A stretch of DNA of 63,937 nucleotides, the filler included, from Octopus bimaculoides (lineage: Eukaryota), in the NCBI RefSeq assembly GCF_001194135.2. It is 4 parts of 4 records of this genome, joined end to end, with 100 filler letters (N's around TTAATTAATTAA, not from the genome) between each part and the next. Parts side by side here need not be neighbours in the genome. Positions count along the whole stretch, not along the records: positions 1 to 27,007 come from NC_068983.1; 3 more parts are not named here. One strand, given 5' to 3'. Both the position numbers and the translations under genes were made by a program. Position 1 is the first letter of the stretch; each line of letters starts with the position of its first letter. This document shows positions 1-13,794 of this stretch, in pieces. The notes under the pieces are model-generated. The model was given only the letters and a program-made list of their open reading frames with translations. It was not told the origin of the DNA and searched no databases.

Positions 1-39
<39 letters not shown>

Positions 40-247
40 AATACATATATGTATATATACACATACACAAATACATATGTGTATACACACAAATATACAG
101 GTATATATATCATCATTATCATGTATTATATGTGTGGATGTGAATGTATATATATAGCACTTCTCAAGTGTCGTGAAGGAAACATTTAGACTTTGAGTCA
201 CTGCAACCTCTGCCATTAGTGGGTTCTATTTATCTTGTTTGTTGTAC

Positions 248-292
<45 letters not shown>

Positions 293-302
293 NNNNNNNN
301 NN

Positions 303-346
<44 letters not shown>

Positions 347-990
347 CTGATCTACCAAGCTCATTGAATTAGCATAAGAGTGGCTGAGTATACTAGAGAA
401 AACCTTTATGCACTTCTCAAGCGAAATCAGTGTCAATGTACCAAGGTTGGACTTTTGAGTTACAGATACAATCCCTCTGACAGGCTTCCACACAGTAGCC
501 ATCTACCCAATTTCACTCACTGGCTAAGGGCCAACCGACAGCTATAGAAAATGGTGCTTATCAAAGATGCCATGCACTAAAATCAACACATGATTGCGAA
601 GCCAACTTCTCAACCATTTGGCCATAGTCCACTTATACATATGCAGTAAGGTTTTTGGTAAGCTTTTGGAGTATGAGTGCTTTAATGCTTTTATTATTTT
701 CAAAATAAATTTGTATAAAAGCAGTTTATTTCAATGACTGGTGACAAAAGTGTTAAAGGCATCAACTACATTTGTATGAATATATGATACAAATATACTC
801 TCTCTCTCTCTCTCTCTCTCTATGTGTGAGGTGAAAGTTTTGAAGAATGATATATACTGACAGTTACGAAAATCTATGGGAGAAAGATTGTGGTTAATTC
901 CCAGAATGTTTAATCTTAAAGCAGAGATGACAAAAGATTGAGACAAGTGACAATGTATTCTATATCAGACCCATTATTGTTGTTGTTGTC

Positions 991-1427
991 AAGGCAGTGA
1001 GTTAGCAGAATCATTAGCATGCTGGTCAAAATTTTTAGTGGCATTACGTCCATCTTAATGTTCTTGGTTCAAACCTTGTCTTTCATCCAAAAGGGGTCGA
1101 TAAAATAATTAACAGTCGAGCACTGGCATCAATGTAATCAACCATCCCCCTTCCCACAAAACATCAGGCCTTGTGCTTATAGTAGAAAAAATTATCTTTA
1201 TCATTATTATTAAGGCAGTGAGATGTTGAGTCGTTACTGTGCCAGAAGAAATGTTTAGTAGTTTTCTTCCAACTTTACATTCTGAATTCAAATTCCAATG
1301 ATGTTGACTTTGCCTTTCGTTCTCCTGGGGTTAGCAAAATATGTACCAGCTGAGTACTAGGGCCGATGTAATTGGCTTTCCCTTCCCCTGAAAACAACTG
1401 TAGGCCCTATGCCAAAATTTGAGACCT
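991..1427 (+). mobile_element. Two head-to-tail copies of SINE family A
   Basis: Heads AGGCAGTGAG at ~991 and ~1213; shared TTCAAA..CTTTCATCC..GATGTAATC core; (ATT)n between. Confidence 0.8.
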
Positions 1428-4207
1428 TTATTATTATTATTGATGATGAAGATGGCAAGAGAAGGAGGAGATCTATTGAAACTACTGATATTAATTTTAT
1501 GCAGTAAACTCAAGTGGTATGATTCAAATATTCACCATGTTTAGCAAGCCCCAAACAAACTTAGTCATTGTAAAAACTAAAGAATTTATCAATAGAAAGT
1601 TTTCAGGAATTCAGTGACATTAACAAAGAGGGTGAAAAAAAGCAAAATTCTTCATTCAGACTGTAAGCAATAATTAGAAAGATATTCAATAAAGCAAAAT
1701 TTATTCTATGAATGCCTTTTGAAATGATATGCAGGAAAAAAGTGGGAGAATGACTCCATAGATTATAAAGTTGTCATCTACAGGCAGTGCTTTGTTAAAT
1801 CTTGAATACTAATTCAAGACCAGCAACAAGAGGAATCATACTAGCAGTTGTTCTCTTATCAGTATGCACTACAAAGATCAAGTAACAGTAGTTAGAGTAA
1901 AAAAATTGGAGAAGGAAGAAGCAGAGATTATATATAGAATTATTTGAAGTAAATGTTGTAATTAATACAGAAGCTGATGAAGCTAAGAATAGTTGAATAA
2001 CGCTTTGAATAGCTGGTGTTTGACATCAAAGAATGTTACTGTGCAAAAAAAAATATAAAACAATTTGTCAGAGGAATACTCAACAGAATTAGTAGACCAA
2101 TAAACAAAATAACTTCTCATAGTTTGTCATGTATCTTTACATTCTTCACACTATCAGTCTAAATCTCACACAGGTTCTCTTTGTCCTTCATTCACAGATC
2201 AATAAAAATAAGTGGCAGTTGATAAAATAAGAACTGGAGTTGATGTTAATGAACTATAATCTAGATGGTGGTGCCCCAGTATGGTCACAGTTCAATCACT
2301 GAAACCAGTAAAAAAATATCGGTATTTTCTGGCTTACAGAAGAAAGAGCAGTGCTTATAACCTATGCAAAGCCTTTGACGTTGGTTGGCAAGAGGAGAGG
2401 AAAACCATGAGGAACAGGTACAGTTCATCAGAGAGATTTCCATATAGTTTTTGCCTACCCAATTTCATCCATAAATCTTTGATTGACTCTTAGATTACAG
2501 TAGAAAACATTTGACTCAAGGTTTTGCACAGTTTGATCTCAAACCTGGAACCAATTAATTATAAAATGAACTTCTTAATATGATGGCCATGTTTGCATCC
2601 ACATAACAGAATCAGATGAGAACCGAGTCAGAAGTTCATTAGATCATAAACAGCTTTAGTTTAACACAACCAAGAAATAATAAACCTTAGCAAAAGCAAT
2701 AAACAAAATAGCCTTTCATTGTTGACTTTTAAATTATTTCCTTTCAAAATTGCATGTAAGAATCTAATAACATGAAAATATAAGATGAAAAATCCATACC
2801 TGAATGAGTCAATTAATAAAATGAGAGAATCTTTCTCATGGTGTATGCTATGTGTATCATGAGTTTAATATCATCTAACACTGCTTTTCATCAAAAGATA
2901 ATCTGGACCCAATAGTAACATAGACTAAAATGACTGAAAGGATGTGGTTTGGGGCAGGACTTGAATAATTTGATTGTCTTGTGAACTAAGGCAGTGTAGA
3001 GTGTAGTATTCTGTCCAGATATACAACCGAATGTCAGTCAAGCCAATGAGAAAGAATCTAAATAATTGCTAGACCTGCTAAAAATCACAACCAAATATCA
3101 TTCAACTAACACTCTTCTATCTTAATAAAAGTTAAAACATTTAAAACATGAGTCAACACAGTCCTAGATATATCAAAAGACATGTTGGTCATAATTAGAA
3201 TTCTTTGCTTGATCTGGAATGATTTGAGACTTCACAACAACTGCAAAAAATGCCAGTAATTAATTCAGTTTTATAACCCATGAAGTAGAGTGAAATACAA
3301 TATTAACCTGGCACCTCACACTCATAAGTAAAAGAACTCTTGTAAATTAATGCCATAATAAAATGCACCTTGTACATTATATATGGGTTGGTATTATGAA
3401 AGATGTCCAGAAAAATAATAAATAAGTGAAAGATGAATATATAGTGCCTGTGTGTATTTGGCTAGGAAAAAAATTTTTTTAATGACCATCCTGAAATATA
3501 ACAATCTGTGATTCAACACATGACTTCACATCAGGAATCTTGCAAAACAAATTCATAAACATAAAATTTTCCAGTTCAAATACCTCTAAAGAAATTATGC
3601 AGGTCAGATCATGATTTTAATATAGTGGGGTTTCATTCAGAATTTGTACAATCAGAATTTTATTAATCAAAGTGTTTATTTTTCTGTAGGTAATAAGAAT
3701 TAATTGCCTGGTTGTGTATGTTGAGCAGTAAGCGAAGAAGTGCTAAACATTACACTGGAGAACATACAAATTAATTCTTTAAAGAATGGTCATTTTAATC
3801 TTTCTCTAAAATGAATTTAAAATCTCATTTATTTGTCATGTGTTCCTTTCAAGAGAAAACACCTCAAGTAAATGAGACCCAACTTGATTGAAATTATGAT
3901 CCTTTGGTTGTCACACCTGAATATTCTCTTTCAAAATTATGATATTAATACTATTTTAGAACAAAACTGAATCTACTTTCTTTCAATAGAATTAAATAAT
4001 TCACATGTTCCACAGTGTTATGCAAATTGTTTTCCCATATAATAACAGAAAAAAACATACTGCAGAAGATCAACATAATCTACAAAGTTCTGATTACAAA
4101 AATGCAAAGACTCTAAAATTATAAGAAAAGGAGTGAGGGGCAATAGGATGCATGGGATATACATGTTTTCTCTTCTTAAAGGACTAGCACTGCTAGTGAA
4201 GAACACT

Positions 4208-4428
4208 TCATCTGGATTTCAAATTTCGGCACAAGCTCAGCAGTTTCAGGGGAGGAGGTAAGTCGATTACATCAAACCCACTACTCAACTGGTACCTATT
4301 TTATTGACCCTGAAAGGATAAACTGCAAAGTTGACCTCAGTAGAATTTGAACTCAGTACATGAAGACAGATAAAATGCCACTAAATATTTTGCTCAGCAT
4401 GCTAACGATTTTGCCAGCTCACTGCCTT
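4208..4428 (-). mobile_element. SINE family A
   Basis: Reverse complement reads GGCAGTGAGCTGGCAAAATCGTTAGCATGCTG..GAGTTCAAATTC..CCAGTTGAGTAGTGGG. Confidence 0.85.
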
Positions 4429-5497
4429 AAGAACACTTAATATTATTTTATTATTCGTTATTAGTACTGTCATCTTTACTTATGCCACAGTCTTGGCATT
4501 GATGTCTGTTAATTCCCCTTCAATAGTAGTTATCCGATGTAAGGTTAAAAAACTTTTTGCTATTGACTAAAAGCAAAGACAATACAAATGAGTAGTGTCA
4601 ATGATCTCAGCCAAGTTATTCAAAAAGGTAATTTTTATCAAATACAGTTTTCTTGATAATGAATGAGAATAGAGCAGGGGATTAACTCTGGTGATGATGA
4701 TATTTTCATGATGGTGATATTTGGTGACAACAGAAATTATGTTAATGTATTTTAATTTAATTAAACCATTGATGATAAATTCAAAAGACTGGTCTTCTAT
4801 TTTATTCTTTACAAATCAGATACACATTAAACACATTAAGAAATTAAGTGTTTACTTCAAATCTACTGCTTCAACAAGAAAGCTGTCTGAATCCTAATTG
4901 AAATTGACCACTCATGTATCACTTGAAAATTAGTTCTGGATAGTGTCAAGTACTTTAGGATATTATTTAAACTATTCTATATAAACATGAATTTCAGCTA
5001 GTCTTCTGTATTTAAAATTAAATCTCACTTTAGGCAATCTAATCTTCATGTTTCCATTATACTCATAATTTTCCCACTTTGACTTTTACACATCTATGTT
5101 CAAAAATCAGTGTTTTATTTCAGCAGCATCTAATTTATGTTGCTCAGAAAGACTTTGATAAAAGTGAGATTATTATCCTAAATAATAGTAAAGCTTGTGA
5201 CAGGCTCTTACCTAATAGTCTATTGAGAAAACTTCTGACATGCAATTAAAACTGATCTTTTCTGTCAGAAAGTGTCTTATTTACTATTCCATGTTTGTGT
5301 TGATTACACTTTTAATATCTACATCTGCATTTCTTTTTAGTCTGAAATAGTTTGCTTTTTTATGACTGAACGTCTTCCTACCACTTGCAACTCTATCAGA
5401 CACTAATAACATTACCTTATAACTCACTCTATCATTTCTGTCCCATATAGTGTCTGTATCTTACAGATTCCTGAATATCAACAGTGTTATGTATTAA

Positions 5498-5715
5498 TCA
5501 TCATCATCATCATCATCATGATTTAATGTCCATTTTCCAGACTAGCATGTGTTAGACGGTTTGATTGGAGCTGTCCGCTTTCACATGGTTTCTGCATCTG
5601 GATGCCTTACCCAATGCTGATACATTACAGAGTGCATTGCAAAGAATACTCCCTTTCATCATGTGGCACCAGCACTAGCGAGGTCACTGAGTAACTTGCA
5701 AGGCAAGACCCCTTG
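5498..5715 (-). mobile_element. Older degenerate RTE 3' UTR fragment
   Basis: (CAT)n followed by TTTAATGTCCATTTTCCAGACTAGCATG..GGATGCCTTACCCAATGC, similar to the end at 16817. Confidence 0.65.
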
Positions 5716-6843
5716 ACTGAGGGTGGGGGAGTAATACTGGGGGAGATGACTTTATGTTAAAATATGGCAAATATTAAACATATACTTGAATGGACATAAA
5801 AATCTTACCAGCCTAGGTGAGCCTGCAAAGGCTTTGAATGCTGCCTCTCTTTCTAGGATTACAGACTATAATATGAGCTATAAGATCACCCAAAGTACAG
5901 AAAATAACATGTGAACAGAAATTTAAAAAATTAAAGAAATTATTATTAAAACCTGCTATAAATCAAAATATTCTACATTAAAGAACAAATAAAACAGAAA
6001 TTTAGGTTAGTCTTAATTATTTTAATTCTGAACTAAATTGTAAGCGGTGAAAGTATTAAAATAAATCAACAATCTATGAAATTGGTTTAGTATTTTTTAA
6101 ACAGAATGCTTAGATTGACAAAACAAAAATTAAAATGAATAAAATATGAGCCACCCACTTTTTGTTCACTTAATGTTCACTTTACATATCTAACAAAACA
6201 TTCTAGTCTACTCGATCAAGGCTGACTTAGGCTTGAATAATAACAATAACCAAAACATTTTGTTTAAAGAACTTAAACACCTATTTAAAGTTCAATTACA
6301 GTTTAAGCATCATTAAAAAGGAAATAAAATCTAGATTAAATCTGTAAACTATTTAAAGAATGAGTGTCTGATACCAAAATGTTTTTACAAGTTTTAGCCA
6401 TCAATAAAACAAAATAAGGGATATTAATTCATGAACAAAAATTAGTAACATTTTTCATTAGTTTTTACATCCATTTTCCATGGTTGGGTGAGTGGAATGG
6501 TTTATTGGAAGGAACATTTGTTTTCACAGCTGGATACCCTTCCTACTGCTAACCAATTACTCATGAAATAAAGAGCAAGGCTGGTTCTTTTTGTTCTGTC
6601 AGATAAAACTGAAGCAAGCAGAGTTAGCTGATTTGCTGAAGGGCACATGACAATAACAATAGAACCATTAGAATTTTTAACTATATACTCCAAAGTCCAG
6701 CACATTAATCTTCTCATCCATGAATTCCACAACAAACCAAATTATTTACATAGGATATTTCCAATTATCAGGAAGAACCCGTAAAAAGCAATAACAGACA
6801 AAAGATGTGTGTGTTTGTGTGTGTGTGTGTGTGTGTACACATA

Positions 6844-8086
6844 CAGGGGTTGGACAAAATAATGGAAACACCTAGCATCATAATTTTGAATATCTATAAA
6901 AGCATCAAAAGCTTGTTTATTTTTATGTTTCATGATTTATTATTAGTGTTGCTTAATATGTTTTTGCTAAAGTTGCTGTTTCTTTTCAGATATCATCAGA
7001 AAAAGGTAATTAAAATTCATTAAAATGACAGATCTATCAGACTTTCAAAGAGGTCAAATTGTTGGTGCTCATATGGCAGGCGCTAGTGTAATGAAAACAG
7101 CCAAAATGTTTGGTGTACCAAGAAGCACTGTTTTGAAAGTAATGACAGCCTTTGAGAAAGAGGAAAAAACCTCTTCATCAAAACAAAACTCCGCAAGAAA
7201 ACCAAAATTTTCAGATAGGGACTGTTGGACTCTTACATGAATTGTTAGAAAGGATCACAAAAGTACAGCTCCCAAAACTACTGCAGAGCTTAATGACCAC
7301 CTTGAGAACCCAGTTTCAACAAAAACTGTTCACCGGAAGCTGCACAAAGCCGAATTTCATGGGTGGGCTGCAATCAGAAAACCACTACTTTCAAAAACAA
7401 ACATTGCAAAGCATTTAGAGTGGAGTAAAAACCTACAGAATTGGTCCCTAGAGCAGTGGAAGAATGTTATTTTCTCAGATGAGTCATCCTTTAGCTTATT
7501 TCCGACCACCAGCCGAGTATATGTGTGGAGAAAGCCAAAAGAAGCATTTGACCCAGACTGCTTTCTTCCAACTGTTAAACATGGAAGAGGATCTGTGATG
7601 ATCTGGGGAGACTATATCTTGGAAATTTGCCAGCCCAATGGTTTCCCTTCATGGTAGAATTAATAGTCAAGACTATTTAAGCATTTTATCTGATCAAATT
7701 CATCCTATGGTTGTGGAACTGTTTCCAGAAGGAAATGCAATCTTTCAGGATGATAATGCACCAATTCACACAGCTAAAGGAACATTCTAGTGAAGTTGAA
7801 CATCTTATCTGGCCACCACAGTCCCCAGATCTCAATATTATTGAACATTTATGGTGCATTTTAGAAAAACAAGTAAAGAGTCAATATCCTCCACCATCAT
7901 CACTACAAGAACTGGAGACTTTTAGCTGAAGAATGGACAAAAATTGCTCTGGAAACAATTCAAACTTTATACGAGTCCATACCTTGTAGAATCCAAGCTG
8001 TAATTATTGCCAAAGGCGGTCCTACCCCATATTAAAATAAATTTGTCTGAAATTTTAAGGTGTTTCCATTATTTTGTCCAACCCCG
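6844..8086 (+). mobile_element. Near full-length Tc1-like DNA transposon (inferred DD36E/Incomer type), inactive
   Basis: TIR CAGGGGTTGGACAAAATAATGGAAACACCT (6844-6873) is mirrored at 8058-8086 with one base missing; TA on both flanks (6842-43, 8087-88); encloses a transposase pseudogene. Confidence 0.95.
7025..8035 (+). pseudogene. Tc1 transposase pseudogene
   Basis: MTDLSDFQRGQIVGAHMAG..VIFSDES..TVKHGRGSVMIWG..FQDDNAPIHTAK/EHSSEVEHLIWPPQSPDLNIIEHLW..KGGPTPY*; in-frame TGA at 7238-40 and frameshifts near 7610, 7779 and 7920. Confidence 0.93.
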
Positions 8087-8214
8087 TACATATGCACAGG
8101 CATGATCATTGGCCATAAAGCTCTCTTCTTAGCCATTCGGATTCAGGTTCAGTTTTACTACACATCATCTTAGTTAAGTGCCTTCTATTCTAGCCCCAGG
8201 GAATTTGTTTGATG

Positions 8215-8268
<54 letters not shown>

Positions 8269-8291
8269 NNNNNNNNNNNNNNNNNNNNNNN

Positions 8292-8356
<65 letters not shown>

Positions 8357-9029
8357 GTGTGTGCATCTGCATGTGAGTGTGTGTATGTAACTGTTTATTA
8401 GCAACACTGAGCTATGGCTACAGATGGTGATATCAACATTTGCAACTCTGCTACAAGCAACAACACCACCATTTGTGACTAGGCTGAAATTGTCTATATT
8501 TTTTGGCAACAAATTATCCATAGATTTGTACTTTTGAATTTCTCCACAATAAAAATATCCCTCACTTGTAAAACAATTAAGGGTTATTGATAGGGAGAGT
8601 TCCCAACAGTAAAAATCCTGCTTCAAATACATCACCAGTCAAAGCATGCTAGCATGGAAAAGCAGGCATTAAACAAACAAATGAGAGAAATCATTAAAAT
8701 GAGAAAAGCAAACAATCTCAGATTATCAAAGCTAGTAATATTAATTTAAAGTCTATATACATGTTGAATTGACACAGCATCATTAATACAATAATACTAT
8801 TTTGATGAAATTCATATTATAGATTATTATACATTAACAAAAATTTAAAGAGTGGAAACTGATTTCTATACATGCACACACGCTTACACATATATAAAAA
8901 TATATTCTGTGGCAAAGATTGACATGAAAAGGTATATAAAATCTTCAAGTATAATTGACATTTCTAAATTCTATTTATAAAATGTGTATATGGGTGTGTG
9001 ATTGGAGCAAGGATGTTATCATATAATGT

Positions 9030-9232
9030 GATTGACACAAATCCAGCAAGTTCAGGGGAAAGGCTAAGTCAATTACATTGATCTAAGTACTCAGCTGGTT
9101 CTTATTTTATCAACCCTGAAAGGATGAAAAGCAAAGTTGGCCTCAGCAGAATTTGAACTCAGAACCTGAAGACAGATCAAATGCTAAGCATTTTGTCCAG
9201 CATGCTAATGATTCTGCCAGCTTGCTACCTTA
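9030..9232 (-). mobile_element. SINE family A
   Basis: Same head and B-box core as other A copies; CpGs decayed. Confidence 0.85.
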
Positions 9233-9234
9233 TT

Positions 9235-9319
<85 letters not shown>

Positions 9320-9785
9320 TGTTTAGATGTATGCATGTGTATACTTTTTGGGATGTGCTGTTCTTATCCATGTGCATCTATATCATCTGCCCTATTACAT
9401 CAATTGAATGTATTCTGTAAATTGCAAGCTAGTCAAGAGAATGTCAGTCTTTAATCCATCAATATAATTAACCAGGCTCTTCATCAATGCAATTATGTGA
9501 AATTCAGAACACTGCTAATCACTAATTCATATTACAATAAAACTAACAATAGGAGTGATAAATTTGCAATTACAGTAACATAAAGTAAAACAGAAAGTTA
9601 ATTGTTCACTTACAATGTAAGATTATGATAAATATTCACCAACATTAAATCAAAATGATTTCATTTGTATAGAAGTGGAGAATATAGTTGATGCAGCAGA
9701 ATCATTATGTGAAAGGTACTTAATTTATTTCATCAAACTCAAGTAGAACGGAAATCAAAAGCAACACCATTAGGCTTTTAAACCA

Positions 9786-10103
9786 AGTGGCACGTGTAAA
9801 GACATTTGAGCGAGATCATTGCCAGTGCCACTGGACTGGCTCCTGTGCAGGTGGCATGTAAAATACACCACTTTGAGCATGGCTGTTGCTAGTACCGCCT
9901 GACTGGCCTTCGTGCCGGTGGCACGTAAAAGCACCTACTACACTCTCGGAGTGGTTGGTGTTAGGAAGGGCATCCAGCTGTAGAAACTCTGCTAGATCAG
10001 ACTGGAGCCTGGTGCAGCCATCTGGTTCACCAGTCCTCAATCAAATCGTCCAACCCATGCTAGCATGGAGAGCGGACGTTAAATGATGATGATGATGATG
10101 ATG
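9786..10103 (+). mobile_element. 3' UTR-only copy of the same RTE family (or its SINE partner)
   Basis: GGTTGGTGTTAGGAAGGGCATCCAGCTGTAGAAAC..CCCATGCTAGCATGG..GACGTTAAA(TGA)n matches the reverse complement of 16817-17200. Confidence 0.88.
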
Positions 10104-12404
10104 AACTTCATTGCACGAAACATGATGTCACAAGACCCCTTGACAGGTTTTATAGTATTGTTGCCAAAAATGTTAGTCTCAACTTCACAAAACACACAGC
10201 TTTCTTCTCTTTCTTTATTTTACCACAGCTACAGCACCCTTTACTCCTCTTAACTAGCTAGTTTCATACAACATCAACACAACCCTATTAAAAAATTTGT
10301 CTTTTTTCTGTTAGAGTAACCCATCCCTCAAATCACAGATTAATTATTACTTCCATTCTTTCTTCCTAAGAACACCAGCCCTCTGGAATTCCCATTCCAT
10401 ACACATTTATCACTGCAGAAATCACCAGTTTCAGAGGACCTGCAAAAGTTATGTCCAGAACTTCTTCCAGACTACACCAGAAAACAAAGAGAAATAGTTC
10501 TACAACCACCATGTTGTATGTTCTTCAACAATGCACATAATTCAGCTTGAGCCACTGATTTAAACCAGGTTCCACTCTTACTTTACAGTTTATTATTTAG
10601 AATTAGGAAGGGTATCCAAATGTAAAAACAGATCCAACTATAAAACAAGTGTAAAGCCAGCCCAGATGTACAAGTATAAAAATAGATTTAAAACAATAAA
10701 CAATAGAAATGAAGAATAACTTTATATTCATCAATGAGCCTAAAGGGATTTTCTCCCATATGTTGATGAATTTCCAATATTTTCAAGCTTGTCTAGTTTC
10801 CATTATTTCTGATCAAGATTTTGTCACTTAGTGTAGATAGTATGCTATAATTAATATTAATGATATCAGCACTACAAATATCACAATTATCATTAACAGT
10901 ATTGTCATAACAACCATAATTTATTTCATCAACCTTATTTGTCCTAGTTCATGGAGAAACAATACAATTAATAAAACTCAAACAGTGATTGTATTTCTCT
11001 CAATCAGCAGCAACTCATAATCTTTATTTGAGATACACTTCTCCATTTTCTATAGGCAATAATAGTGCAGCCAGTACATACTTTGATGTCACTAAAGAAA
11101 TAGGATATAGCAAAAACAACAAAATGCACTCTTTGATTTATATAATTGAATGAGTCATGGTGTATTACATAATTTAACCAGAATATTCTATTTGCTCTAT
11201 AGTATTTCAAAGCAATATTAATTGTACTAACACCTCACAAGCCTCCCCTATAAACCATATAAAAACAGCCTTTTAAGATATCTCAGATATTGAAAAATAA
11301 ATTACATCTTATAAATTAAAGTTAAAGGATCAGAAAAATATCAATATAAAGTTGAAATCCAAATTTTCATTGCTCATTAGTGCCTATTATTTTTAATGAA
11401 AATTTCGACATAAATCATTATTTTAATAATAATTTAAATGATTTGTTAGCAACATATTGAGTGAAAAATCAGTATGGATTGGAAATTTCCCCATCCTCAC
11501 CACATCAAGAACTGCATGTCAATGATAAATCCTATTCTATTTCATGCAATTTTGATATTAATAAATTCAATCCTGATATTTTACTCCATTTCATAATCCA
11601 CCAAAACAATCACAAGCATAAATTAAGCACTTTTCTGTTGCTAGGAAACACACTGCTTGTCTATTTTATTTAGCTATTTTGTAAAACAGTTACTTTTCAA
11701 AACTAATGCTATGGTTATTAAAATATGCTTAGTTCTGAATTTGTAAAACATAGAATGAAGAAGAAAAAAAAAGAACTCATTTTATGAAAACAGTGAGTGT
11801 AAAATAAAAGAAGTAAAAAAAAAGGCCAGAAAATGCAGTTAACATTTAAATTTGAAGAAGCAATAAAGAACATAGTCGATGCATCAGACTCTAGCCATTT
11901 TTCACATCAAATTAATAGAAAAACATAGTCAGATGTCAAAAATTTATAAGTTTGTTTTAACCAAATTCTTTTCTGTCAATACTTCAATGGCCACTGCATC
12001 TTGTAGCTAGCTGGTCTCAGGATATTTTCACTCAGGCACTCCCAGCTCATCTTTCTTCTCATTATCCATATTGAGTCCAATCCCTAGGCTGTTCATACAG
12101 TCCTTCTTCCCAAGAACTGAGGCCTTCTAGAATTGCCTCCCTGCACTTGCCTTTTATGTAGTCATCAACTTATAACAGTTTAAGCAGATCTTTGACAATA
12201 TCAATGTCAGAGATTTAGAGGGTTTATGAAGTCTATGGGCACTGTTCCTTCTTCCAGATATAGCTGAAAAAATCAAATCTTATTTATATCTATCCATACA
12301 AATTATCAGTAGCTAGAGGTAATCAAAACAGCCTAAGAACACAGATTCTTTTCTCTGGATTCGCTATTCCTTCCTCTTTTTCCTCATCTCTGAACTTTCT
12401 TCCA

Positions 12405-12439
12405 GTATCTGACCAAGAGCTATGCTCGAAATGTCATAT
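12405..12439 (+). ncRNA. Degenerate minimal hammerhead ribozyme
   Basis: GTAT-CTGACCA-A-GAGC-TAT-GCTC-GAAA-TGTC-ATAT. Confidence 0.5.
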
Positions 12440-13735
12440 TTTTACACCTATTTTTCCATCAGATACTTTCACTGAGTGTATCAGTTTTATCTTCACTGTG
12501 TACACCCATTTGATTTTGTTGCCATTTTCTTTCTCTTTCTGTTCTTGAATTTACCTAAATCATATATTGCTTGGGTTTTTACTTGTTTCTGTTGCCTGAA
12601 AATTATTTTCTAAGGTTGTAAAATTATTTCTACTAAAGATATATTGTAGAACAAGTTAATAGTGGTGAACATAGTATAGATATGTTACTATTTAGAACAA
12701 ACCGTGTTAGCTAAAAGGTAAATATATGCACTGCTAGTGTAGTGTAAGTCTATCAGCAAGATCTAGCAACAAGATTCCACCACCTGAAACAGTAAAGCAA
12801 CTAGAACACTGCCTTATCTGTCCAAGCATTATATTTTGAAAAATATCATAAATTATCTCAGGGGAAAAATCAGTTATCAAGACTGCTTCTTAATGGGTAC
12901 TATCAAAAATATGGGGATAGGGAATAGAGGAAAAATATCAAGGTATGATAAATCATCTACTTTTACTGTATACTGCCTCAGATCAAAATTTTGTTCCACT
13001 GTATGTTGTTGTTGTTGTTGTTGTTATTGTTGAATATGACTTCTATTATTAGTCAGTGTAGGAATAGTAGTAACTATAATGTTTGCAAGCCCTTCCAGCC
13101 TGAAGAGACTGAAGGGATTGAATTCAGTTTGAACACATGTAGGTTGATGTCTGCAGACAAAATATGGCAAGGAGGAATTATAGAATGGTGTGAAGTAAAT
13201 TGTTTGGTGCCAGACAGAGTCAAAGGGCAAGACACAATAGGAATGATGAAAGACAAGGTGAATGTGTAAAATGAACATGGGTAGAATATATGTGTATGTA
13301 GTTAGTTTAGAAGAACAAAAGTAGTTGTAGTAGAAGAGTCACTGTGAGTTTGTAGTTGTAGCACATTTGTAACTGTGTGTTTACTAATCAGCTAAACTGA
13401 CTCCTTTTGGATGTAGTTTAAGACATTTGCGTGTATAACAGCAGTAGCACAGTCTTAGATATGTGAGCATAACTCCAATTTGTGTCATATTTGAGCTTTG
13501 TAGAGGATCAGCAACTGATTGGGAACATGTTAATAGATATTTACATTTCTCTTTTTTAACTTTGTACAGCTCTTCCAAGAAAATGTTTAAAAAGAAAAAA
13601 AAATTCAAAAGCTTCTTTGATAAAGCATGCTATAAATTGCATCAGCTTTTTTTTTTAAAAAAATAATAATATATAGAATTTCATCTGGAACTAATAAAAA
13701 TATTTAAGACAAAACAGAATTAGATGTTTACTTAC

Positions 13736-13794
13736 AATTTCTGAAATACCAGAAGAAACCAGGATTTCGATAATAACAAAAGATATTTTCTTAC
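13736..13794 (-). other. Candidate 59-nt exon of an unidentified transcript
   Basis: Acceptor TTTTGTTTAATTTTTGCAG and donor GTAAGTAA in unique sequence; two open frames; no recognisable product. Confidence 0.3.

Noticed and set aside
11990-12260. Purine-rich segments resembling LINE C-termini (also 1600-2100, 13040-13300)
   Set aside because: Too degenerate to assign by eye.
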